From an uncultured Phycisphaerales bacterium (GTDB lineage: Bacteria; Planctomycetota; Phycisphaerae; Sedimentisphaerales; Anaerobacaceae), in assembly GCA_963718665.1 (NCBI GenBank), contig OY970359.1:2546872-2610871 (forward strand): DNA of 64,000 bases, in the 5' to 3' direction. The notes under the pieces were generated by a model. That model had not been told where the DNA came from. It was given only the letters and a program-made list of their open reading frames with translations, and searched no databases. This document shows positions 33,356-43,680 of the stretch, one piece after another. The translations under genes were made by a program, and so were the position numbers. Position 1 is the stretch's first letter, and the number at the start of each line of letters is the position of its first letter.

Positions 33356-35002
33356 TTAGTATTGATAGTAGAGGGGGTCGATTTGCAGCCAGTTCTGTGC
33401 CAGTATCGCGAAGTCGGCAAAATCTATAACGCCGTTGGGGGCCAGCAGTGAATCAAGCGGCGAGTCATCCGACAGCCAGTCCGCGGCCAATGTCGATAAA
33501 TCGTTGTAGTTCACGACATAATCTATTGGCGGCAAATCGCCCGCCATAATCGGATGAAGTTCAAAAGCAAAGCCGTAATTGGCTGTCTCGTTGCTCGTCG
33601 AGTTATTCGCAATTGTGATTGTATAATCGCCAGGCGTGAGTATGAGCAGGTCACATTTTATAAGATTGTCACTGGTATTGTAGCCAAACATGGTTTTGTT
33701 AAAAATTGCGTTCGGCTCACCCGGCGCACAAACATTCATATCGATGTTGGCCAAATGGGCGTACATCATATTGTCTATCCTTCGCAGCCAGGTGGTTGTT
33801 GCTATAAGCCGGCACCTTTGCGCTATATGAATCGTGTAAACATTTGTTGCCCCTTGCCCAATCCGACCGAATCCCCAGCCCCTGTCCTGTGTGATTGTCG
33901 TTCCGGGCTCGACTTCGTTGGTATCCAGCAGTTGATAAGCTCGAAGACAATCAAGCCGACCATAACCCCTGTCCGCCTGCCAGGTATTGTTCGAATCTGC
34001 CGGATTTGTGCTGATGTCCGTTTTACTGTTAACATTCGGCATCGCGGAATTAACCAGCACCGCCTTTATTACAACGCTGCTATTATCATTCGGCCCCGGT
34101 GTTGTGTCCGCAAGTTCCAGTAACAGTGCAGCCGCCCCTGCGGCATGCGGTTCCGCCCAACTCGTTTCCCCGCCTGTTGACCCAACCGTCGTCCATGCTG
34201 TATCACTGCTCGATGTTGGCACTATCTGATTTTGTGATGGTGCGGTTATATCCGGCTTGCGTCTGCCGTCTGTTGTTGGCCCGGAACCGCTTATAAGTCC
34301 CGCCCAGCGATAGTCAGAGGGGTTATTCGGGTCGGTAAGCCGAAGTCCGCCCGTGGTTATGCCGTTATAAGCGTCGCCAAATATGGTAACATACGTGTTT
34401 CGATTGCCCGCCGCATTTACAAAAGTCACGCCATACTGATACGCATAATAATCGTAAAGCAGTGTCCATGGGCTATTGCCGTTAGGTTCGGTTCCTGTCC
34501 CTGTAGTAAATTCGAACCCGGTAACAATCACACGGCAATTATAATCTTCAATCAGCTCATTGAGGGCGTTAATAAGCCATGTGCTTGAAACGTTTCCGCT
34601 GTTGTCCGAAACTCTTGCAGAGTAAATAACCGCTCCTGGAGCTACTCCGATTTCGTTCGGATATGCGGCTCCACCGTTGCTCGCGATTATTCCTGCCAAT
34701 TGCGTGTCGTGTGCGGTAATCGAATTACCGTCGCCTGTGAAGTCGTAATCAAAAGCATGTATAATGCCGTTGGCGTCTTGGAAGGCCTCATGTGTGGTTA
34801 GCACACTGTCAGCCGATATGAATCCGACATTAACGCCTTTTCCCGTAATGCCGAGTTGGTGCACCGCTATTGCATCAGACCCGTCTGGACCGGTTGATTC
34901 CACCAGACCGTATGCCTTCTGCGTCAGCACACAATATTGTGCTGAAACTATGACACCCCACAACGCCATGATTCGGGCGTATCTGCTCACACCGTCCTCC
35001 AT
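33356..35002 (-). CDS. Secreted S8 subtilisin-like peptidase with dockerin-like C-terminal repeats
   Basis: HDTQLAG, AAGN, KPDITAP, ETSWAEPHAAG; DFADFAILAQNWL. Confidence 0.82.
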   Translation of the reverse strand: MEDGVSRYARIMALWGVIVSAQYCVLTQKAYGLVESTGPDGSDAIAVHQLGITGKGVNVGFISADSVLTTHEAFQDANGIIHAFDYDFTGDGNSITAHDTQLAGIIASNGGAAYPNEIGVAPGAVIYSARVSDNSGNVSSTWLINALNELIEDYNCRVIVTGFEFTTGTGTEPNGNSPWTLLYDYYAYQYGVTFVNAAGNRNTYVTIFGDAYNGITTGGLRLTDPNNPSDYRWAGLISGSGPTTDGRRKPDITAPSQNQIVPTSSSDTAWTTVGSTGGETSWAEPHAAGAAALLLELADTTPGPNDNSSVVIKAVLVNSAMPNVNSKTDISTNPADSNNTWQADRGYGRLDCLRAYQLLDTNEVEPGTTITQDRGWGFGRIGQGATNVYTIHIAQRCRLIATTTWLRRIDNMMYAHLANIDMNVCAPGEPNAIFNKTMFGYNTSDNLIKCDLLILTPGDYTITIANNSTSNETANYGFAFELHPIMAGDLPPIDYVVNYNDLSTLAADWLSDDSPLDSLLAPNGVIDFADFAILAQNWLQIDPLYYQY

Positions 35003-35112
35003 GAACAATCAGCATAAAACTAGGTTCCATATTATAGCCAGAAACAGGCCGAAAAATCAAGGGAAATCGCCTCTATACCTGTTTAAAACAGGAAGAATTT
35101 GATACTTTGCGG

Positions 35113-36075
35113 TTACTGCCTGAACCATTCAACAAACTGCTTCAAGCCCTCGCTGATGTCGGTATTCGGATTATACCCCAAATCCCTGTGGGCTTTTGTA
35201 ACGTCCGCGTATGTCCGCTCCACGTCCCCCGGCTGCAAAGGCAATCGCTCTATAACCGCTTTTTTGCCCAACGCCTTTTCAATCTCACCAATAAGGTTAT
35301 TGACTGTTATCGGTCTTGATTCGCCGAGGTTGTAAATGTTATAACCGGTACACTTTTTAATGCCCGCCACTGTCCCGTCGATTATGTCGTCTATATAGGT
35401 GAAGTCCCGCATCATACTGCCATCGCCATAAATGGGTATAGGTTTGCCGTCCTCGATTAGCCGGGCGAATTTGTGAATCGCCAAATCGGGCCTTTGCCTC
35501 GGCCCGTAAACCGTGAAAAACCGCAGGCAGGTCATCGATATGCTGGCGAGGTGATGATAAGTATGACAAATCAACTCGCCCGCTTTTTTGGTCGCCGCGT
35601 ATGGCGAAATCGGAAAATCGACGTTGTCGTCTTCCGAGAAGGGAACTTTTTTATTATTGCCGTAAACGCTTGAGCTTGAGGCGAACACAAACTTTTTTAT
35701 GTTGTTCTTTTTAGCCGCTTCGAGCAGTGTAACCGTCCCGTTTATATTCACGTCCGCGTAAAGCGCCGGCTGCGCAATCGATGGCCTCACCCCGGCTCTT
35801 GCCGCCAGATGAACTACTACATCGGCCTGTGGTGAGCTTGTCGAATCCATGCCATCGCTCACTGCCTTATTCATAGCCGCCGAATCGCGTATGTCTGCCT
35901 CGACTAATTTGAATTGCTTATTCCGCAGACAATCTTTGATATTGTTATGTTTTACCTGCGGGTCGTAAAAATTATCGAAGTTATCCACCCCGACGACTGT
36001 CCATCCGTCTTTCAACAGCCGTTCGCACAAATGCGACCCGATAAATCCCGCCGCTCCCGTTACTATCGCCTTCAT
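35113..36075 (-). CDS. UDP-glucuronate 4-epimerase-like NAD-dependent epimerase
   Basis: GAAGFIG, HLAARAGVR, YAATKK, RFFTVYGP. Confidence 0.92.
   Translation of the reverse strand: MKAIVTGAAGFIGSHLCERLLKDGWTVVGVDNFDNFYDPQVKHNNIKDCLRNKQFKLVEADIRDSAAMNKAVSDGMDSTSSPQADVVVHLAARAGVRPSIAQPALYADVNINGTVTLLEAAKKNNIKKFVFASSSSVYGNNKKVPFSEDDNVDFPISPYAATKKAGELICHTYHHLASISMTCLRFFTVYGPRQRPDLAIHKFARLIEDGKPIPIYGDGSMMRDFTYIDDIIDGTVAGIKKCTGYNIYNLGESRPITVNNLIGEIEKALGKKAVIERLPLQPGDVERTYADVTKAHRDLGYNPNTDISEGLKQFVEWFRQ
35827..35847 (-). repeat. REP-like repeat in frame in the epimerase (DSTSSPQ)
   Basis: GATTCGACAAGCTCACCACAG, one mismatch to the phoR copy at 1381. Confidence 0.85.
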
Positions 36076-36084
36076 ATTAAAATC

Positions 36085-37395
36085 TCACAAAACATCTGGC
36101 CTGCCCACGCTGTGATATTCGATACCCGCCTTTTTTACGATGTCGAGGTCGTAAAGGTTTCTGCCGTCGAAAATAACCGGCTTTTTAAGTTTTTTGACGA
36201 TTAGCTCGAAATCCGGATTCCGGAATTCCTGCCATTCCGTAAGGATTACAAGAGCGTCCGCGCCATCGAGCACATCATAGTCATTTTCGAATATCTCGAC
36301 TTTATTGCCCAATGCCGTTTTGCCGGTCATCCCCGCCTCAGGGTCGTATGCCCGAATTTTAAAGCCCTGCTCTAATAGTTTATTTACGCAGTTAATGGCG
36401 GGTGACTCCCGCACGTCGTCGGTTTTCGCTTTGAATGCAAGTCCCCATACTGCCAGTGTTAGACCATTGCCCTTGCCTTTGAAATAGTCGCTTATGCGTC
36501 TGGCGAATCGCTCTTGCGACGCCTCGTTGGCCTTTTGGGCCGCCTTGGCCATCTTCACTTCCATTTTTTGCTGTTCGCCTGTGTATATCAGCGCTCGGAT
36601 ATCCTTCGGGAAACAGCTCCCGCCGTAGCCAACCCCTGGGAATAAAAACGCTCTGCCTATTCGCGAGTCACTTCCGATTCCCTGCCGAACCGATTCCACG
36701 TCGGCGCCCATTTTCTCGCAAAGTCCCGCTATCTCGTTCATAAACGATATTCGCGTCGCGAGCATCACGTTGGCCGCGTATTTTGTCATCTCCGCCGACA
36801 TCGGGTCCATAAATATAATCCGGTTGCCTTTTCGCATAAACGGGCTGTAAAGCTGCTTCATCGTCTCCCTAACCGATTCTTTTCCGGTCCCGATTATTAT
36901 CCGGTCCGGGCTCATAAAGTCCTCGACAGCCGAACCTTCCTTCAAAAATTCCGGGTTGCTCACGTAATCGAATGACTTGTTGGTTTTGGCTCCCATTACT
37001 TCCGCCACTTTTTTATGTGTCCCCACCGGCACCGTGCTTTTTGTAACAACAATTCTGTAGTCGGGTATAATTTGGGCGATATCGCTCGCCACTGCCAATA
37101 CCGCCGATATATCCGCGGACCCATCCGGCTGCGATGGTGTCCCAACCGCAAGAAATATTATCAGCGCGTTATCAACCCCGTGTTTTAAATCCGTCGTAAA
37201 CTCGAGCCGTTTGACCTTCTCGTTACGCTGAACTATTTCGCTCAGCCCCGGCTCATAAATCGGTATTATGCCTTTTTTAAGCCCGTCGATTTTTTCCCCA
37301 TCGTTGTCAACGCAAATTACGTGATTGCCCGCCTCCGCCAGGCAGCCCGCCGTAACAAGCCCTACATACCCGATTCCTACCACGCAAACCTTCAT
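36085..37395 (-). CDS. ugd: UDP-glucose/GDP-mannose 6-dehydrogenase
   Basis: GIGYVGL, SNPEFLKEG, GYGGSCFPKD. Confidence 0.93.
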   Translation of the reverse strand: MKVCVVGIGYVGLVTAGCLAEAGNHVICVDNDGEKIDGLKKGIIPIYEPGLSEIVQRNEKVKRLEFTTDLKHGVDNALIIFLAVGTPSQPDGSADISAVLAVASDIAQIIPDYRIVVTKSTVPVGTHKKVAEVMGAKTNKSFDYVSNPEFLKEGSAVEDFMSPDRIIIGTGKESVRETMKQLYSPFMRKGNRIIFMDPMSAEMTKYAANVMLATRISFMNEIAGLCEKMGADVESVRQGIGSDSRIGRAFLFPGVGYGGSCFPKDIRALIYTGEQQKMEVKMAKAAQKANEASQERFARRISDYFKGKGNGLTLAVWGLAFKAKTDDVRESPAINCVNKLLEQGFKIRAYDPEAGMTGKTALGNKVEIFENDYDVLDGADALVILTEWQEFRNPDFELIVKKLKKPVIFDGRNLYDLDIVKKAGIEYHSVGRPDVL

Positions 37396-37414
37396 TCGAC
37401 CTGATTCTCCTTCT

Positions 37415-37978
37415 TTAGATTCCCTCGGTTTCGTCAATTGCTTCTATCATATCCGTGCCTATCTCTACACTGGCCGCCTGGCCCAGCATATCTATTTGAA
37501 GCACAAGCCGTGTCTCATTCCTGGTCTTTACGACTATTCCCGCAAGCCCCGCCAGCGCGCCGCCAATCACTTTGCATCTTTGCCCGACCTTGATGTAATC
37601 GTGAGGCGACAAAATCGCGCCTCCAGCTATTGCACGCTCTATCTGCGACAACTCTTCGACTAATCGCTGCTGGTTTCTGACGTCTATCAGGTTCGCGACC
37701 CTGTTCGTTTTTAGCGTCTCAACCCGCTGTCTTTCGTCTCCGCAGAAAAACAAATATCCGCCAAATATCGGCAGCAGCGACTTTATCGTCCTGCCCCGCG
37801 TCTTTTTTACCTTCCAGCTCATCGGCAGAAAATAACTTATGCCTTTGCCCGCCAAATCACTCGCAAGCGCCTTTTCATTCCGGCTTTTGGTGTGCGCAAC
37901 CCACCATTGCCCCGCGAACTCGCGAAGCGTTTTCCCCTCGGGCCAAATCATCGCCGGATTGTCGCTGGGCTTCAGCAA
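37415..37978 (-). CDS. NusG paralog (UpxY/LoaP/RfaH-like antiterminator)
   Basis: WWVAHTKSRNEK, PIFGGYLF, KOW motif GQRCKVIGGALAGLAG. Confidence 0.88.
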   Translation of the reverse strand: MLKPSDNPAMIWPEGKTLREFAGQWWVAHTKSRNEKALASDLAGKGISYFLPMSWKVKKTRGRTIKSLLPIFGGYLFFCGDERQRVETLKTNRVANLIDVRNQQRLVEELSQIERAIAGGAILSPHDYIKVGQRCKVIGGALAGLAGIVVKTRNETRLVLQIDMLGQAASVEIGTDMIEAIDETEGI

Positions 37979-37996
37979 ACGCGATTCTCCATAATC

Positions 37997-39097
37997 CTAT
38001 TTATAAAACTCAAGCACCGTTTTGCCAACGTGCTCTATCTGTTCGGACGTCAACTCCTGGTATATCGGCAGCGATAAAACGCTTTCCGTAATCTTTTCAG
38101 CAGCCGGGAAGTCGCCTTTTTTATACCCAAGCCCTTTGAAGCAATCCTGTAAATGCAATGGCTGCGGATAAAATATCCCGCTGCCGATACCATGTTTTGA
38201 CAGATGCACTTGCAGCATATCTCTCTTCGGCACGGTTATTGTGTATTGATGATAAATACTCACGTTATTTTGCTCAATCTTCTGCGACTTAACTATCGTC
38301 CCGGCAAACATACTATTATAAATCGCCGCGTTGTCTCTTCGCTTTTTGTTCCATTCATCAAGATATTTCAGTTTCACGCTCAATACCGCGCCCTGGATAT
38401 TATCCATCCTGAAGTTGCCGCCTATCATTCGATAGTAATATCTCGGGTTTTCGCCGTGCACCCTCATCAGCCGAATCTTTTCCGCCAGCGCATCATTGTT
38501 TGTTACGACCATACCCGCATCGCCGAATGCTCCGATGTTCTTCGTCGGGTAAAACGAATAGCACCCGATGTCGCCGATACTGCCCGCCTGCTTGCCATCC
38601 TGAGTTGCACCCATTGCCTGTGCCGCGTCCTCAATAACGAGCAATTTGTGCTGGCGTGCGATTTCCATAATCGGCTGCATTTGTGCTATCTGGCCGAAAA
38701 TATGCACTGGTATAATCGCGCGTGTCTTTTTGGTTATTTTTGCCTGAATCTTCGCCGGGTCGATATTGAACGTCCCGGCATCGACATCCACAAAAACTGG
38801 TTTCGCCCCGACTCGCGATACCGTTCCCGCGGTCGCGAAAAAAGTAAACGGCGTCGTGATTACCTCGTCACCCGGCCCTATCCCCGCTGCCATCAAGCTC
38901 AGCAGCAGCGCGTCTGTCCCGCTCGAAACCCCCGTTGCATATTTGCATCCGCAGTACGCGGCCGCTTCCTTTTCGAATCGCTCCACCGCAGGTCCAAGGC
39001 ACAATATCTGGCTGCTGCATACCTCCTCAACCGCCCGCATCAGCTCGCTTTTATATTTCGCGAACTGCGCCTTCAAATCGAGCATCACAACCTGCAT
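37997..39097 (-). CDS. DegT/DnrJ/EryC1/StrS sugar aminotransferase
   Basis: SSGTDAL, IEDAAQA, SFYPTKNIGAFGDAG. Confidence 0.94.
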   Translation of the reverse strand: MQVVMLDLKAQFAKYKSELMRAVEEVCSSQILCLGPAVERFEKEAAAYCGCKYATGVSSGTDALLLSLMAAGIGPGDEVITTPFTFFATAGTVSRVGAKPVFVDVDAGTFNIDPAKIQAKITKKTRAIIPVHIFGQIAQMQPIMEIARQHKLLVIEDAAQAMGATQDGKQAGSIGDIGCYSFYPTKNIGAFGDAGMVVTNNDALAEKIRLMRVHGENPRYYYRMIGGNFRMDNIQGAVLSVKLKYLDEWNKKRRDNAAIYNSMFAGTIVKSQKIEQNNVSIYHQYTITVPKRDMLQVHLSKHGIGSGIFYPQPLHLQDCFKGLGYKKGDFPAAEKITESVLSLPIYQELTSEQIEHVGKTVLEFYK

Positions 39098-39117
39098 CGT
39101 TTCACCTCATCCTTGTC

Positions 39118-40062
39118 TTATATCGTTGCCGTCAGGTATTCCGTTTCCGCTGAAAAACGCATCACTCCGCCGTATGCCGCCGGAATCAGTATCGTATCGC
39201 CGGCCCTGAATTCAACCGTGTTCCCTTTCTCCGCAATCGTCCCGAATCCGCTCATAATCATAATCGTCTTCATTTTCCCGGCTGTCAGCAGCATCTCGCA
39301 GCTCCTCGCCTGGTGTCCCTTGTCAACCTTGAAACAGTCGCTATCAACAAGTCGCCCGACCGATGCTACCGAAAGGTTATCTCCAGAGGGGTCAAAATGA
39401 ATGCTCTCCAGCGCCTCCTCGATATGAAGCGGCCTCGGCTTACCCTTGTCATCCACCCTGTTCCAGTCAAACACCCGGTATGTTGTATCTGATGGCGTCT
39501 GAATTTCCGCTATCAGCAATCCCGCCCCAATCGCGTGAGGCGTCCCCGCGGGCAGAAAATGACATTCACCGACCTTCACAGGCACCTTGACCAGCAGCCG
39601 TTCGACCGTTCCGTTTTTTATCGCTTGTGCAAACTTTTCTCTTGTTGTGCCTTTTTTCAGTCCCTTGTAAATCACCGCCCCTGGCTGTACCTGAATGATA
39701 TACCAGCACTCCGTCTTGAAATCGCCCTTACCCATCCTCTTGCAGGTTTCTTTGTCTGGGTGAACCTGCACGCTAAGCACGTCTCCGCAGTCCAGTAATT
39801 TTATCAGCAGCGGAAGGGGCAGCTTGAATTGCTCCGCCCCGGTTATTTCCTTCGTGTATTTACGAATCACCGATTCGATCGTATCGCCCGATAGTTCGCC
39901 GTTGACGATTTTCGACTTGTCCGCGGGCAGGTCCGCCAGTTCCCAGCTTTCACCGATGCGTTTGCCCTTGGGCATTTCTCTGCCGAACACCTCGCGCAGC
40001 TTGTTTCCGCCCCATATTCGCTCTTTGTATATCGGCCCGAATTTTAATGGATATGCCTGCAT
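39118..40062 (-). CDS. manA: Type I phosphomannose isomerase
   Basis: ERIWGG, LSVQVHP, KTECWY, EIQTPSDTTYR. Confidence 0.9.
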   Translation of the reverse strand: MQAYPLKFGPIYKERIWGGNKLREVFGREMPKGKRIGESWELADLPADKSKIVNGELSGDTIESVIRKYTKEITGAEQFKLPLPLLIKLLDCGDVLSVQVHPDKETCKRMGKGDFKTECWYIIQVQPGAVIYKGLKKGTTREKFAQAIKNGTVERLLVKVPVKVGECHFLPAGTPHAIGAGLLIAEIQTPSDTTYRVFDWNRVDDKGKPRPLHIEEALESIHFDPSGDNLSVASVGRLVDSDCFKVDKGHQARSCEMLLTAGKMKTIMIMSGFGTIAEKGNTVEFRAGDTILIPAAYGGVMRFSAETEYLTATI

Positions 40063-40067
40063 ACCCC

Positions 40068-40967
40068 CTATGTTAATCCGGCAGGGGGGTATTGTCCAGC
40101 CCTGCGTAGCTTTAGCGCAGTAGGGTCCACAGTTTGATGCCGGCGAATCATTATGTTGGCCGCGCATTTTGAACCTGCGCAGACGGCCAGTATTATCCCG
40201 AATACGGTTACGACGGAAGCCCCTGTGGGCAAATCCCATTTTGCCGAGGCATAAAGCCCCAGGACACTTGCCGCAAACCCAAGCCCCCAGCCAATCAATA
40301 ACCGGCCTGCCACGCCCCTTACAAAAAACATTGCACAAACTGCCGGAACCACTAAGTAACTGAAAACCAGCAGCACACCCGCTACACGCACCGAACTTGT
40401 TACGACAAAACCAAATGTAACGTAGAAAATAAAATCCCATAAACGAATCCACAGGCCGCTCTCACGGGCCAGTTGCGGTTCTATTGAGATTAGCAGGAAT
40501 TTTTTTCTTAACAGAAAATGCAATAACCCCACGGCTATATATATTACTGAAATTTTTAATATCTGGGGCCACGTTACAAAAAGGATGCTCCCGACCAGCA
40601 TATCTTTTATCGCCTCCTCGCCGTGGGGGGCCTTGTCGAGAACAAGAATTGCCGCGGCGGAGCTTACAGCATACACAATCCCGATGATTGCCTCCTGTGG
40701 GACGGATTCATCACGAACCCGTCCCAAAGCGAACAACCCTGCGCCAACAAAGGTAAAGCCAAGGGCAATCAGATACGCCTCTGTGCTGTGCAGCTCGTAT
40801 CCGGCCAATAACGCTACTGTGCTGCCAAGAGCTGCCACTTGCGCCAAAGCCAAATCCACGAATATCACGCCGCGAGATACGATGTGGATGCCTAAGTAGC
40901 AGTGTATCCCCGTAAGTATCAGGCACGCCACGAACGGCAATAACAGCAATTCAATCATCCCATTCAT
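40068..40967 (-). CDS. Metal ABC transporter permease (ZnuB/MntB-like)
   Basis: SRGVIFVDLALAQ, QEAIIGIVY, AGVLLVFSYL. Confidence 0.88.
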   Translation of the reverse strand: MNGMIELLLLPFVACLILTGIHCYLGIHIVSRGVIFVDLALAQVAALGSTVALLAGYELHSTEAYLIALGFTFVGAGLFALGRVRDESVPQEAIIGIVYAVSSAAAILVLDKAPHGEEAIKDMLVGSILFVTWPQILKISVIYIAVGLLHFLLRKKFLLISIEPQLARESGLWIRLWDFIFYVTFGFVVTSSVRVAGVLLVFSYLVVPAVCAMFFVRGVAGRLLIGWGLGFAASVLGLYASAKWDLPTGASVVTVFGIILAVCAGSKCAANIMIRRHQTVDPTALKLRRAGQYPPAGLT

Positions 40968-41905
40968 TTTGATGTCTCGCTTAATGCTTCGCTCAACCGG
41001 TTAACTACATTGTCCAGCATCGCTATATAGTCCTTAACCTGCTCGTTGACGGCGTTGGGAACAACGACCACTTTTGCGCCGGTCTTCTTCGCCACTGCCT
41101 CCGCATCATCACGGTTATAAAACGGCTCCATTAAAATAACCCTAGCTTTCTCCGATTTCATTGTGTTTATCACTTCGAGGATATGCCCCGGTCCAGGCGG
41201 TATTCCCGGTTTCGGCTCAAGCTCAGCGACCACGTCAAGATTGAATCGGTTAGCAAAATAGGGCCAACTGCGATGGTAGATAACGATTTTTGAATGTTCA
41301 AACGGCTTGAGTTTGGCAACCCACCCGGCCATAGCGTTATCCAGCTTTGAAAGAAACGCCGCCAGATTACGGTCGTAATCTCCCGCGTGCTCAGGGTCAA
41401 GCTGCTTGAGACGCTGGCAGATGTTTTTCGCTATGATTCTGCCGTTGTAAGGGTCGAGCCAGTAATGCGGGTTGCCCAAAGGATGAACGTCACCCATCGA
41501 CCGGTCTATTTTCCCGGTGGGAACCTCGAGTTTCATAATTCCTTCGGAAGCGTCCAAATGGCCCGGCGTGTTGATTTGTATCCGCGGATTACGCGAGCCC
41601 TGAAGAATCAAACCTTCATAGCCGATTTCCAGTTCCATGCCCACGCATATCCAAAGGTCCGCTTTCCTGGCCTTCATCATATAACTTGGTTTGGCCTGAA
41701 TAAAATGCGGGTCTTCATCACCGCTGCCAATGGAGGTAACCGAAACGTGTTCGCCGCCGACCGACTCTGCTATTGACGCAAAGGTTGGGGTCGTTGTTAC
41801 AACATTTAATTTGTCCGCACCAAAACACCGGCAGGGGAGCAGGATAAACAAGACGCTCAAAATGAAGCAGGGGAAAAACGCCCGTTGAAACTTAATCGAA
41901 TTCAT
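40964..41905 (-). CDS. Metal ABC substrate-binding protein (ZnuA-like)
   Basis: DPHF, GDVHPLGNPHYWLDP, YHRSWPY, LEPKPGIPP. Confidence 0.9.
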   Translation of the reverse strand: MNSIKFQRAFFPCFILSVLFILLPCRCFGADKLNVVTTTPTFASIAESVGGEHVSVTSIGSGDEDPHFIQAKPSYMMKARKADLWICVGMELEIGYEGLILQGSRNPRIQINTPGHLDASEGIMKLEVPTGKIDRSMGDVHPLGNPHYWLDPYNGRIIAKNICQRLKQLDPEHAGDYDRNLAAFLSKLDNAMAGWVAKLKPFEHSKIVIYHRSWPYFANRFNLDVVAELEPKPGIPPGPGHILEVINTMKSEKARVILMEPFYNRDDAEAVAKKTGAKVVVVPNAVNEQVKDYIAMLDNVVNRLSEALSETSK

Positions 41906-41922
41906 AATTTGTCTCCTTCTTA

Positions 41923-43275
41923 TTAGTATTGATGTGCCGGATGCAGTCCGATTAGGAAGTCCGCCTGAAGCCATATCTCATTTCTGTTTACATTGCCCGC
42001 GAAATTATCACCGTCGGTATGCTCGAACTGCAATCGCCAGAACATAAATTCGCTCTGGTGAAACGTCAGGCCCGTCGTGTAAGAAGTTTCATGCAAACGG
42101 CTGCTATCGGGAAACTGTGTATAATCGTATCGTCCGAATACGCTCCATTCCCTGTTGAACTGATATTCCAGCGAGCTGTACATACCGTGTGAGTTCACCG
42201 TGTCCTTGTCGCCTTCTTCCTTCTGACTGAACAAAATTTCGTTCATCCACGTCAGCGATTTGTAAAGGCCATATTGCGGGTCCCGCCATTTGTAGGTCAA
42301 ATCCAGCCCTTCCACGTTTGACCGGTGTCCTCCGTTGGTGTTTGCATCATTGTCGCCTGTCGCGAAACTTTCCCCGACCTCGATGCTTGAGCTCCTGTCC
42401 AAATCGAAAAAGTTTTTCAGGTGCGTAACATACATCAAACTGTGCGCCTCGTCCCCGGCAAACATTGCGTCGTTGCCGTTGTTTTGCAAATCAAACGTAA
42501 GCTGCATATAATTGTCCCACGGGTTAGGCACCAACCACGAAATTTCACCGCCGCCGTCGTTCAATCCTTCTTCGCCGAAGAATTTCCTGATTACGTTGGG
42601 CCTGTCAACCCAGGGCATCGCGTGGGTATGAAACGTATTGGCTTTTCCGAAAACCGAGTAGAATTTGCCGAACCTTGCCTGAAGGTCGTATGGCAGGTCT
42701 GTGTATGTGAAATATCCTTCTTCAATATCAGGGCTATAGGAGCCGTCATCCTGCCTCTCTATGCTTAGAATTAAATCCGCACGCCCGTATGGGTCAACAG
42801 GACTGGAAAACCCGAATTCAACTTCCCTGAGTTGCGCCTTTGCGGTCTTGCTGGCTGCTATAGTATCAGGCGTTTCGCCTCTCGGCGTCGGCCCTCCGTG
42901 AAAAATAAAATCGCCTATTGCCGAAATATCAGGGTTAGAACTCTGAGGTATGCTCGCTGGGCTTTCCTTATTTTCAGCATGCGCTGCAACCGGCAATGGG
43001 GTCTGATTGGGTTCAACAGGCCTTGCCTGCACGGGAGCAGCGGGGGGCGGGGCCACATTACTGCGTTTAAGAAGGTCGATTTCTTCTCTAAGCAATTTTA
43101 TCTCTTCGGTGTGCCTTTCATTTGCGTCCTTCATTTGCTGTCGAAGCTCAGTTACCTGCTGCCGGAGGGATTGCATATCGGCATTGGCTGCATCGCCTTG
43201 TTCTGCTCGGCCAACGCCGGCAAATAGCAGGATTGTCAAAAAACAGAAACCATACTTGATGGCTCGTGTATTCAT
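41923..43275 (-). CDS. Outer-membrane beta-barrel with N-terminal coiled coil, probably for metal uptake
   Basis: Signal peptide; NPDIS.IGD, HTHAMPWVD, C-terminal IGLHPAHQY. Confidence 0.75.
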   Translation of the reverse strand: MNTRAIKYGFCFLTILLFAGVGRAEQGDAANADMQSLRQQVTELRQQMKDANERHTEEIKLLREEIDLLKRSNVAPPPAAPVQARPVEPNQTPLPVAAHAENKESPASIPQSSNPDISAIGDFIFHGGPTPRGETPDTIAASKTAKAQLREVEFGFSSPVDPYGRADLILSIERQDDGSYSPDIEEGYFTYTDLPYDLQARFGKFYSVFGKANTFHTHAMPWVDRPNVIRKFFGEEGLNDGGGEISWLVPNPWDNYMQLTFDLQNNGNDAMFAGDEAHSLMYVTHLKNFFDLDRSSSIEVGESFATGDNDANTNGGHRSNVEGLDLTYKWRDPQYGLYKSLTWMNEILFSQKEEGDKDTVNSHGMYSSLEYQFNREWSVFGRYDYTQFPDSSRLHETSYTTGLTFHQSEFMFWRLQFEHTDGDNFAGNVNRNEIWLQADFLIGLHPAHQY

Positions 43276-43366
43276 TTGTCTGTCTCCGTAAATCCATTGG
43301 ATAATAGAAAGTCCCCGCTGCTGCCAATGGTCTTGGCGGGAAAAATAAATGTGGTATTAACCTGGA

Positions 43367-43672
43367 TTAGGAGACAACCGGCGGGGCACGCGGGCCTAAG
43401 AGACCCGGCATTGAAATCGCTGGCGCGACTTCGATATGAAATATCAAACTCTGTTCGCAAACAGGATACTGGCTAATCACTGTTTGTTCTTCGACCGTTA
43501 TACTATGGGGCAGCGAAAGCAACTGCTGGCAAATCGGGCATTCGTGTTCATCGTGCCCCGCGTGGTGCTCTTCACATAAAAGATGTATGAACAACAGGGC
43601 CTGTGTCGCAAGCAGCGAGAATAGCAGCGTCGTTGTCAATATCAGTATCGTTCTCGTTGTTTTGCTCATCAT
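43367..43672 (-). CDS. Small His/Cys-rich membrane protein (DUF2946-like)
   Basis: TM helix, EEHHAGHDEHECPICQ, C-terminal PRAPP. Confidence 0.7.
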   Translation of the reverse strand: MMSKTTRTILILTTTLLFSLLATQALLFIHLLCEEHHAGHDEHECPICQQLLSLPHSITVEEQTVISQYPVCEQSLIFHIEVAPAISMPGLLGPRAPPVVS

Positions 43673-43680
43673 AGATGTTC

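Noticed and set aside
38204..39400. 398-aa plus-strand ORF
   Set aside because: Antisense shadow of degT/manA with no recognisable motifs.
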